Assembly (NCBI GenBank): GCA_044360315.1
Contig: JBIKKO010000004.1
Location: 1-62,017 of the forward strand
Direction: 5' to 3'
DNA from: Oligoflexales bacterium
GTDB taxonomy: Bacteria > Bdellovibrionota_B > Oligoflexia > Oligoflexales > RGVZ01
DNA length: 62,017 nt
The translations under genes were made by a program, and so were the position numbers. Positions 50,071 through 58,440 of this stretch are shown here, one piece after another. The notes under the pieces are model-generated. The model saw nothing but the letters and a program-made list of their open reading frames with translations, did not search any database and was not told the origin of the DNA. The first letter of the stretch is position 1. Each line of letters opens with the position of its first letter.

Positions 50071-50223
50071 ATGAAGTCGATTCCTTGTTAAGTTATAGGT
50101 AGTTAAAGCTAGATCTGCCTCGTTTACTGCTCTCACAGCAGCGAGGTCACGGTCTTGAATGAATCCACTTGTGGTCAGAGTGAACGAGGCAGATCTGACC
50201 CGGTAGAAATGACCGACTTCCAT
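50071..50223 (+). ncRNA. Candidate structured RNA or 5' leader
   Basis: 18-bp stem 50111-50128 / 50179-50196 with one U-G wobble on the + strand; outer stem 50071-50079 / 50214-50223; asymmetric 31/17-nt bubble. Confidence 0.4.
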
Positions 50224-50283
50224 TTGGGTCCGATTGCAATAAAATGAAAGCAGTAAGATACACGTCCTTAGGAGTCTTAAGAA

Positions 50284-53200
50284 ATGATCTCACAAAGTCG
50301 TTATTATTGTCAGCTGAAGCTCATTTGTGTTTTGTTTGCGCTGGTCTCCTGTAAGACGCGGACGGAGGTTAGCAATGCGCCGCAGCCTGGGCAGTCAGAG
50401 CCATTTAAGACTGAAGATTATAATGCAGATATCACCAAGAAAGAGGATTCTGCAGATGATATCGAATTTCAGGCCGCTTCGACCAATGGAGTGGCTCAAC
50501 CGTGCTGCTTTAAACTAACGGCGACTGATGTGCGGTTTAATCTTTCATGGGGTCGCGTTACTGGGGTCTCCGGTTACAAGATCTTTAGGGGGACGAATGC
50601 TATAGCCATGGCAGAGGTGGCTAGCACGACTTCGACGAGCTGGCGTGATACGACGGTTGGACCAGGCGAAACCCGGTTCTATTACGTGCAGGCTTGGAAT
50701 GCCAGTGGACTAGGGACGCCGACCGCAACTCTTTCGGCTTCGAATCGGGCCAATTCTCCCACCAATGTGCGGGCTATATCAGTGCAACAGCGGATCCGTT
50801 TGGACTGGGACTTGATGCCGGTGGCTGCGAATTACCGCATTTATCGGGGGACCTCGGCAACCCGCCTTTCCCACGTCGCTTCTGTTGGCTCTGGAACGAA
50901 TACATGGGTCGATGGAGCGCTTGACACGAAAAAAACCTACTACTATCAGGTAACGTCTTTAAACGCGGCGGGAGAAAGCCCTAGGTCACCAGTCGTCCAG
51001 GTCAGGCCGGGATCTATTACTTTAGTTAACCTTATGGCGACTGTCGATGTGCAAACGGTAAAAATTTCTTGGCCACCTAGGGATAATGTAACGGGATACC
51101 GCGTGTACAGGCGGCAAGGAAGCGGTAAGGCAGCACGTCAGGGAGATACGACGGGCCTTGAATATATTCAATCTCAGCTCCCACCGCAAACAGATTACAC
51201 TTACTATGTGAATGCGTTGATAAACGGAGTGGAGATTCCACATTCAAATTCAACACCAGTCAAGACTGGGGGTTCTCTGCCTCCTGAACGAATTAAGTTG
51301 TCGCTTAACGTTGGCGTAGATCGCGTCACACTCTCCTATAACAGAATCACCGATGCGCAAGGTTACCGGATCGAGCGCCGGGGAGATGTTGGTGAATTTA
51401 AAGAGATAGCTACGAGTTCAGTGCTAAGTTGGACTGATACTGGTGTTACACCAGGTTTGCGTTATTTTTATCGCGTCACTGGGTATCGCCTTGATGGTCA
51501 GTTTAGCGTTTCAAATGAAGCGAGTGGAGTTCCTGGATCCGTCGCGGCCTCGGATGTGCGGTTTTACCGTGGTAAATCGTGTTCTGGGGAGTCTTTTGCT
51601 TTCGCCAATACCCAGACCAGCTGTGAGATCTTGGCATCATCAGTTGCTGGAAATGTTGAATCGATCAAGACAGGGTCTCGCTGTTTGAACACGGGCACAG
51701 TTTCGTTTTTGTCGGCATGTAATCTGTTCAAAGCAGGGTCTGATAACAACGCTGCTGAGCTTTACTCCAAGACTGATTGTTCGGCTTCTGCAGTCCTAGG
51801 ATTTGTTAATCAGACAACGAACTGCCAGGCCCTGGGACAAGTGGTAAGCGGAAATCCTTTGGTTCTTTCCGTGTCCTACATCGATAGTTCAACCTGTAAG
51901 CCGGTGACAAGTCAGTCGTTTGTCAATGCATGCTCAAACTATCGCTTGCGTCCTCCCGTCCTGACCGCAAGTAACTTTGGTGACTCCATCGGATTGACGT
52001 GGAGCACTACAATCGATGCTCAGAGCTACTCGCTTTATCGTCGCGCTGAAGACGAAGTTGCGTGGACTCGCGTCACGGAGACTTCCAACAACTCTTGGGT
52101 GGAGAGATCCCTAAGACGTGGGGTGTCATATTCGTGGTACGTCAATGTGCAGGCCCGAAATGGCGGCTATGTTTCCTCAAATATTGTATCAGAACGCTTA
52201 GTGGTGCCAGATGAACCTGGTTCTGGGACGCCTCGGGAGGTCGCGCTCTTTCGCTCAGATAGTTGCACTGGTTCAGCGTTAGCATTTATATCGCAGGGTA
52301 CAAACTGTGAACAGCTTGTACGGCAGATTGGAAATGATGCTGTATGGGGTGTCAGAGTGGGAGGCGTTTGCAAAAATATTCAAGATACGAGTCTTCTGAG
52401 TGGTTGCGAGCGATTTAAGGGTGCGGTTACTTCGAATTCTGTAGCTCTTAAAACAAGCTCTAACTGTGGTGGCGAACCCATTGCATATGTTTCTTCACAA
52501 ACAGAGTGTTCAAATCTCTCGGGGCTATATACCGGAAGTATCTATAGTGGAACGAATGAACTTACAGGGCAGTGTACCACGATTAGTTCAAGTGGTATCG
52601 TCCAGGCCTGTAACCAGTTAAAGCCAACGTTATCTGGAGCAAGTTTAGCGTTGCACTCATCGTCCAATTGTTCTGGTAATCCTCTAGCACTTTTTGATGA
52701 AACAGCTAATTGTGATGAAATTGGTTCCAGAGTCACGAGTACAGTTTACGGCGTGTCGGTTCGCGGGCAATGCCGAAGTATTTCGGGTAGCAGCGCCGCG
52801 TCAGCTTGTCAGCGATTTAAGGCAGCATCTAATTCCAACGCCGTGGCCTTGTTTCAGTCGAGCTCGTGCGGCTCCTCGTACGCTCTTGGCTATGTCTCGC
52901 CTGTTTCCAATTGTTCGATGTTTGGATCATTAGTTGACAGTACAGTCTATGGCATTGACTCGGGGAGTGGATGCCGTTCTATTGACAGAACGTCATCACA
53001 GAACGCTTGTGATCTTTATAAAAATTCAGGATCCCAAGCTAGACGAGTGGAGCTTTATTCGGATTCATCTTGTTCGAACAGATTTCTGGGTGCAATTGAT
53101 GAGCGGACGGACTGCTCTCGGATTTCGTCGACGATTACAGCATACGTTTACGGAGTGAAGAGAGATAATAAATGCTATTCGATCTCAAAGAATTCTCGCG

Positions 53201-54237
53201 AGGCATGCCAGGCATTTAAAGGCGGAGCAAATTTTGATGCCACATCCTTGTTCCAAAGCTATACGTGCAGTCAAAGCGAGTTGAGTGCGTTTGTTAGCAG
53301 TAACTCCAACTGTGAATCGGTTCAAGCGGGAAGTCCTAATGATTACGTCTACGCGATTCAAAATAGTGGATCATGCACTAGGGTCGACTCCACAAACGTT
53401 TTGCAAGCCTGTAATCTTTACCGATTTCGTGGGGGTTCGAATCAAGTAGAGCTCTATCGCTCGGACACATGTGCAAGCTCGCTAGTGGGGACCGTTCGCG
53501 AGAACACTGATTGCGAGCAGTTTGGGGCAACTAATTCATCGAACGTGTATGCAGTACGAATAGGCTCCCGCTGTGTGGATATTGCTGATACGACCTCAAA
53601 AAGTGCTTGCTATCGATTCCGCGACGGTTACAAAGACGATGCAACTATAGTTTATAGGTCAGATACCTGTAATGGGAATGCGCAAGCAGTGATTGCGCCA
53701 ACGACCAACTGTAGCTATTTGTCTCAATTTGTATCTGGCAACTCATGGGCCGTTGGAGGTAGTAGTCGCTGTGAAGATATTTATGACATGGACTTTAAAC
53801 AGGCTTGTGAACGCTATAAAAATACGATGAACGGAGTCGGTTTGTACGAGTCTGATACATGTTCATACTCCTATGTCGGCGCGGTTGCTCTTTCCACAGA
53901 TTGTCAGTCCTTTGGCTCTAACACAGCCTTCAGACTAGGAGCTGTGAAACGGCGTGGCGAAAGCTGTCTTGATGTGGATGATCGAAGTCTACTAAATGGC
54001 TGCGTGTCCTTCAAAGCGGGCGAAGAGCCTTTACCATACAGTTTTTATACATCGGATAACTGTTCTGGAAACACCCTCCAAGCATATGCTAACAATAGTA
54101 CGGATTGTCAGGCACTTCAAAATGCTGTTTCGAGCCGATACACTGAGTCTGTGAAGCGTGGAAACCAGTGTTATAACATTTCGGGAAAATCTCTTGGTCA
54201 AGCGTGCTCTAACATTAAGGTTGGCGTCGTTCAGTAA
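50284..54237 (+). CDS. Large surface lipoprotein with 5 fibronectin type III domains and 12 four-Cys repeats
   Basis: Lipobox LVS-C, FN3 signatures (W...Y.IYR...Y.Y.V) and 12 repeats parsed by eye. Confidence 0.85.
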   Translation: MISQSRYYCQLKLICVLFALVSCKTRTEVSNAPQPGQSEPFKTEDYNADITKKEDSADDIEFQAASTNGVAQPCCFKLTATDVRFNLSWGRVTGVSGYKIFRGTNAIAMAEVASTTSTSWRDTTVGPGETRFYYVQAWNASGLGTPTATLSASNRANSPTNVRAISVQQRIRLDWDLMPVAANYRIYRGTSATRLSHVASVGSGTNTWVDGALDTKKTYYYQVTSLNAAGESPRSPVVQVRPGSITLVNLMATVDVQTVKISWPPRDNVTGYRVYRRQGSGKAARQGDTTGLEYIQSQLPPQTDYTYYVNALINGVEIPHSNSTPVKTGGSLPPERIKLSLNVGVDRVTLSYNRITDAQGYRIERRGDVGEFKEIATSSVLSWTDTGVTPGLRYFYRVTGYRLDGQFSVSNEASGVPGSVAASDVRFYRGKSCSGESFAFANTQTSCEILASSVAGNVESIKTGSRCLNTGTVSFLSACNLFKAGSDNNAAELYSKTDCSASAVLGFVNQTTNCQALGQVVSGNPLVLSVSYIDSSTCKPVTSQSFVNACSNYRLRPPVLTASNFGDSIGLTWSTTIDAQSYSLYRRAEDEVAWTRVTETSNNSWVERSLRRGVSYSWYVNVQARNGGYVSSNIVSERLVVPDEPGSGTPREVALFRSDSCTGSALAFISQGTNCEQLVRQIGNDAVWGVRVGGVCKNIQDTSLLSGCERFKGAVTSNSVALKTSSNCGGEPIAYVSSQTECSNLSGLYTGSIYSGTNELTGQCTTISSSGIVQACNQLKPTLSGASLALHSSSNCSGNPLALFDETANCDEIGSRVTSTVYGVSVRGQCRSISGSSAASACQRFKAASNSNAVALFQSSSCGSSYALGYVSPVSNCSMFGSLVDSTVYGIDSGSGCRSIDRTSSQNACDLYKNSGSQARRVELYSDSSCSNRFLGAIDERTDCSRISSTITAYVYGVKRDNKCYSISKNSREACQAFKGGANFDATSLFQSYTCSQSELSAFVSSNSNCESVQAGSPNDYVYAIQNSGSCTRVDSTNVLQACNLYRFRGGSNQVELYRSDTCASSLVGTVRENTDCEQFGATNSSNVYAVRIGSRCVDIADTTSKSACYRFRDGYKDDATIVYRSDTCNGNAQAVIAPTTNCSYLSQFVSGNSWAVGGSSRCEDIYDMDFKQACERYKNTMNGVGLYESDTCSYSYVGAVALSTDCQSFGSNTAFRLGAVKRRGESCLDVDDRSLLNGCVSFKAGEEPLPYSFYTSDNCSGNTLQAYANNSTDCQALQNAVSSRYTESVKRGNQCYNISGKSLGQACSNIKVGVVQ

Positions 54238-54256
54238 TGATGAAGACCAAGTCGGC

Positions 54257-54324
54257 GTTTAATCTATCAAGTGAGTAGACCTCTTAGGGTAACCTAAGAG
54301 GTCTACTCACTTGTTTAATCTATC
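54257..54324. mobile_element. 44-bp perfect palindrome flanked by 12-bp direct repeats (possible MITE or IS scar; may also act as a terminator)
   Basis: GTTTAATCTATC (54257-54268), 20-bp arm, GTAA loop, 20-bp complementary arm, GTTTAATCTATC (54313-54324). Confidence 0.55.
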
Positions 54325-54613
54325 GGCCCGTGAACTTTTGCGGGATGTTAACTTCGACGGTGAAATGATCCGTCGCAGGACTTCTAACTTGCTGTAATAA
54401 TGGCGGCCGTTAAAGCAATAAACTCAATAGCAGCAAAGACTTTTTTAGAACGCACAGGTGCGCTCGTCATAGCTTGATTAGGCTCTACTCGAGCAGTCTT
54501 GGGTGGAATGTGTAACAAAGGAGCCACCTCTGGCGCATGCTGCCAATCAACTACTGACCAACAGCTGATTGGCGATCCCCGTTTACCGGACATGTTGCGT
54601 GGTTTTATCACAG

Positions 54614-55045
54614 TTATTCTACAGTGATACTTTTATCCAGATTTCTTGGACGATCGATATTGCGACCTAGTGTCTTTGCAAATTCATAAGCAAAAAGTTG
54701 CAGTGGTATGGTTGCAAGGTTCGGCGTAAACTCCTCTAAGGTGGTGGGAATCTGGATTGCCACATCACACAAAGATGCAGTTTCAACATCACAGTCGGAA
54801 ACGATCCCAATAATTCTTGCGCCTCTGGATTTTGCTTCGTGTATGTTGCCAATCATCTTGCTTGAGCCTTTGCCCTTGGGGGCGACCGCTATGACTGGAT
54901 AGCCAGGCTCAATGAGAGCCAAGGTTCCATGCTTTAACTCTCCGCCACCATACCCTTCGGCGTTTCTATAGGATAGCTCTCGCAGCTTTAGGGCGCCTTC
55001 GCATGCGGTTGGATAAAAAACTCCCCTGCCGATGAAGGCTAGGGA
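54614..55045 (-). pseudogene. glmS: 3' remnant of glutamine-fructose-6-phosphate aminotransferase (second SIS domain only)
   Basis: In-frame extension upstream of the listed ORF reads SLAFIGRGVFYPTACEGALKLRELSYRNAEGYGGGELKHGTLALIE...PRNLDKSITVE*. It is bounded by an in-frame TGA at 55046-55048 and has no start codon or RBS. Confidence 0.85.
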
Positions 55046-55078
55046 TCATCCCGATTCCTTGTCTTTTGAGCAATATGT

Positions 55079-56086
55079 TTACAAACGCTTAGTGGTTGAT
55101 GGTTTTTTGTGCCATTCAGTCGCCATCTTTGCAACGTGAGCAATGAATGCGGCGCGATTCTTGGCGTCCTTTGTGGATGTCTTGATGAAAACTGCCACCG
55201 CGAGCTGCTGTCCGCTTGGGCCGCGAAGGATGCCCACATCGTTGATCGCGGAGCTCATGCCGTTCAGGCTGATGCCTGTTCCAGTTTTGTGACCAATCGT
55301 CCAGTCTTTAGGGGTGCCTGCTCGCAGTCGGTCTTGGCCTGTTCGTGTTTCGCTCATGATATCCATGAGCTGGGTGGTTTGCTGTTTGGAAAGGAGTTCT
55401 CCTTTGGCCAGTTTCTTTAAAAATAGAGCCATAGCCATGGGCGTGGCTGTATCTCTGGGGTCGTCTAAATAGGCTGAAAAAGCTTTTTTGCGTAAGGCTG
55501 CTGGTAGGTTTTGAATCGCGCTCTCAAATTTATCTAAATCGGAGTACTCTGGTTTCCAACGAAGTCCCGAAGATTCCGATTGTAATTGACGTTCGTCTCT
55601 GTCGATCGATATCCCGCGGATGTCGTTGCGGTTGAGAAATTTATTTATGCTTGAGATGCCCCCTAAATGTTGAATCAGTAGGTCAACAGAAGTGCTGTCG
55701 CTGTCAATGATTGAGTGGCGTATTAGGTCGATAAGGCGAACTTTCATTTGACCTTGTTGTTTGACAAGATTTGAAAATTCCCGTGGGCCAGGGCTTGTAT
55801 CCTGGGGGCGCACAATAATTGTATCGTTTAAAGACATGGTGTTGCGATCTGCGGCATCCATGATTGCAGCTCCCACAATAAGCTTCATGACGCTTTGAAG
55901 TGGAAACAGGGATCCTCCGTTTACACAAGACGCAGTCGAGGAGTTGATATCTAAAACACAAGCACCCACCGGACCATCGGCAGTCTTAGCTAGACCTTGA
56001 AGTTGTTGCTCAAGTGTTTGGTTTTGCGAGAGGCCTGTTGGCGCGAATGATCCTAGTGCGATGGGTATGATAGTTAGAAATTTCAT
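55079..56086 (-). CDS. bla: Class A beta-lactamase-like protein
   Basis: Signal peptide, FPLQSVMK (SxxK), SDS at the SDN position, DRDE (E166), DPRDTATP and HKTG; RBS GGAGG. Confidence 0.9.
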   Translation of the reverse strand: MKFLTIIPIALGSFAPTGLSQNQTLEQQLQGLAKTADGPVGACVLDINSSTASCVNGGSLFPLQSVMKLIVGAAIMDAADRNTMSLNDTIIVRPQDTSPGPREFSNLVKQQGQMKVRLIDLIRHSIIDSDSTSVDLLIQHLGGISSINKFLNRNDIRGISIDRDERQLQSESSGLRWKPEYSDLDKFESAIQNLPAALRKKAFSAYLDDPRDTATPMAMALFLKKLAKGELLSKQQTTQLMDIMSETRTGQDRLRAGTPKDWTIGHKTGTGISLNGMSSAINDVGILRGPSGQQLAVAVFIKTSTKDAKNRAAFIAHVAKMATEWHKKPSTTKRL

Positions 56087-56376
56087 AAAAATGATCCTCC
56101 AGGCCGTGAATCCTAGCATAGCCTTTTAGTATCGAGCAAGTAGCCTGGCCTAGACGACGTTTCGCTGGACCTGTCTCAAGGGGGATTCGTTTAGATTAAA
56201 CGTGTTCACGCCTGTGCTATGGTAGGGCGTGACAAGAGATCAAACAACTGTTAATAAAACAGAGCTAGCGTTTGTTTGATGGTTTGCGCTTTCTTGGCTG
56301 TTTGAGTTCATACATCGAGGATGTTTCGTTGTGGATAAGTTTTACGCACTGCGCGTGATCGCGTCGGAGAGTCTCA

Positions 56377-57846
56377 ATGAATATGATCGATAGAGTTTAT
56401 GATCCTGAGTTAGTGCTTCAGATGGGTGAACAGCTGGCGTCTTGTCTGTCGGATTATTACAAATCCTGTCAGAGGATGGATGGTCCGACTGTTCCTTCGT
56501 TGGATCCGACTCGGTTTGTGGAAATGGCATCGCAGGCCTTAGACGGTAAACAAAACGCCTTTGATAGTTTGATTGCTATGGTCATGGCTGGCGCTCATCG
56601 GTTGCACGATCCGCGGTATATGGGCCATCAGGTGCCACCGGTTGTACCGGCATCTGCATTTTTTGATCTTCTAGGAAGAGCGTCAAATCAAGGGGCTGCC
56701 GTGTTTGAAATGGCTCCGTTTGGGACGGCTGCTGAAAAGGCTATTGTTCGTGCGTTGGGGCGTATGGTGGGGTGGGCTGATAGGGATTTTGCGGGGATTG
56801 GGACTCATGGTGGAACCCTAGCAAATGTCACGGCTTTACTGGCAGCCCGTAATATTCGCTATGAAACATTTTGGCGAAACGGCGTTGATCCTGATGTTCG
56901 TCTGCGGCCAGCTGTAATGACGAGTGCTGATAGTCATTATTGTATCGCCCGAGCTTGTGGAATTCTTGGCATCGGCACGTCACAGCTGTTGAAAGTGCCC
57001 GTTGATCAGTATCGTCGTATGAATTTACAGGCCGCGCGTCAGATGTTGAAGGATGCACGGCATAATGGTTTGGATGTTTTTGCGATCGTTGGCTCCGCAT
57101 GCACGACGCCCACTGGTTCGTTTGATGATCTTAAGGGCATTGCTGAGCTTGCTGAGGAATATGGACTTTGGTTTCATGTGGATGGTGCACACGGAGCAAG
57201 CTTTCTCTTCTCTGATCGGCATCGCAGCTTGTTGTCCGGTATTGAGTTTGCCGATTCTATTGCCTGGGATGCGCATAAAATGCTCTACGTCCCTGCTCTT
57301 TGCACCTATCTTTTATATAAAAATGCGCGGTATAGCTGGGATGCCTTTTCCCAAGATGCTCCATATCTGTTTGATTCAAAGGATCCTCAAGGAATGGCCG
57401 AATATGATGGAGGTCTTCGTACATTTGAGTGCACAAAGGGCGCGATCTCCCTAGGGCTTTGGGGTGTATGGAGTTTGTATGGGAAGGGCTTCTTTGCAAC
57501 TCTTCTTGATAAAGCGATCGAAAATACAAGAATCTTGTATAACCTTGTATGCGAGGCGAAAGACTTTGAGGCCGCCCATGATCCTCAGTGCAACATTTTA
57601 TGCTTTCGCTATGTGCCTACTGATGGAACGTCATTAACAGCTTCGGATTTATCTGCCTTGCAGCAAAGCATAAGGCGTCAACTGATTGAGAACGGTCAAG
57701 GCTATATCACGGGTACGCGGATTGACGGTGACTATTGGCTGCGTGTTACCGTGATCAACCCACAAACCGATCACGCTCACATAACTTCGATGTTGAATGA
57801 CATTAGATCCGCAGGTCTAAAGATGCTAGCAAGCGATCCAAAGTGA
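56377..57846 (+). CDS. Group II PLP-dependent amino acid decarboxylase
   Basis: YMGHQ, GGTLAN, SHYCI, G....GSFD, WFHVDGAHG and WDAHKML (PLP-Lys) motifs. Confidence 0.92.
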   Translation: MNMIDRVYDPELVLQMGEQLASCLSDYYKSCQRMDGPTVPSLDPTRFVEMASQALDGKQNAFDSLIAMVMAGAHRLHDPRYMGHQVPPVVPASAFFDLLGRASNQGAAVFEMAPFGTAAEKAIVRALGRMVGWADRDFAGIGTHGGTLANVTALLAARNIRYETFWRNGVDPDVRLRPAVMTSADSHYCIARACGILGIGTSQLLKVPVDQYRRMNLQAARQMLKDARHNGLDVFAIVGSACTTPTGSFDDLKGIAELAEEYGLWFHVDGAHGASFLFSDRHRSLLSGIEFADSIAWDAHKMLYVPALCTYLLYKNARYSWDAFSQDAPYLFDSKDPQGMAEYDGGLRTFECTKGAISLGLWGVWSLYGKGFFATLLDKAIENTRILYNLVCEAKDFEAAHDPQCNILCFRYVPTDGTSLTASDLSALQQSIRRQLIENGQGYITGTRIDGDYWLRVTVINPQTDHAHITSMLNDIRSAGLKMLASDPK

Positions 57847-58006
57847 GATTCATCATTTGCTCGAAGTGATTGAGTATTGATTGAAATCAGAAAGATAGGC
57901 CGAGTTAGGTCGCCTTTTGGGGCCTTGCGGCTCTAACCTGGTGCTAGCACGCCAAAGCCTAATTGAATCTTTAACAAATTGAAATTATTGAAATAATTAA
58001 AATATA

Positions 58007-58423
58007 ATGAGATTCCATGCCGTAGTCATGGAAAATCATCAATTAGACGATACTTTGATCGGGTTTAGTCTTCCTGGGTTTGTCAAAACAAAAAAGCGTA
58101 AAGCTACGTCGCGAGCAAAACATTATTTTTTTGATATTGGTGTCGTGAATTCTCTGTGCAACAGGGGTGTGATTGCTGAAAAGTCTGAGCTATTTGGGAA
58201 CGCGTTTGAACACTTTATAGTGTTGGAGGTTCGTGCTTACTTGAGTTATGCAAGAACGAGACTTGAGATGAATTATTGGCGATCGACTTCGAAGTTTGAA
58301 GTTGATCTAGTTATTGGAAATGGCGCTGCCATAGAAGTCAAGGCGACAGCCCTTGTTCAAGATAAGCATTTTAAAGGCCTTCGCGCCCTCAAAGAAGAGG
58401 GGCTTCTGAAGCGGTATATCTAA
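58007..58423 (+). pseudogene. Fragment of an AAA/DUF4143 ATP-binding protein (C-terminal part only)
   Basis: KHYFFDIGV, GNAFEHFI, YWR.....EVDLV and AIEVK motifs; no P-loop domain; the C-terminus appears cut short. Confidence 0.7.
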
Positions 58424-58440
58424 GCCGCAAAGTGTTGTTG

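Noticed and set aside
50111-50196. Inner hairpin as SRP (4.5S) RNA or tRNA-Sec
   Set aside because: Lacks the SRP helix-8 CAGG/GNRA/AGCA arrangement and has no T-loop or anticodon arm.
49717-50223. 168-aa minus-strand ORF across the structured intergenic region
   Set aside because: Overlaps the lipoprotein gene out of frame, has no RBS or motif, and is better explained by the RNA structure.
54384-54611. 75-aa ORF after the glmS remnant
   Set aside because: GTG start without RBS and no recognisable similarity in any frame.
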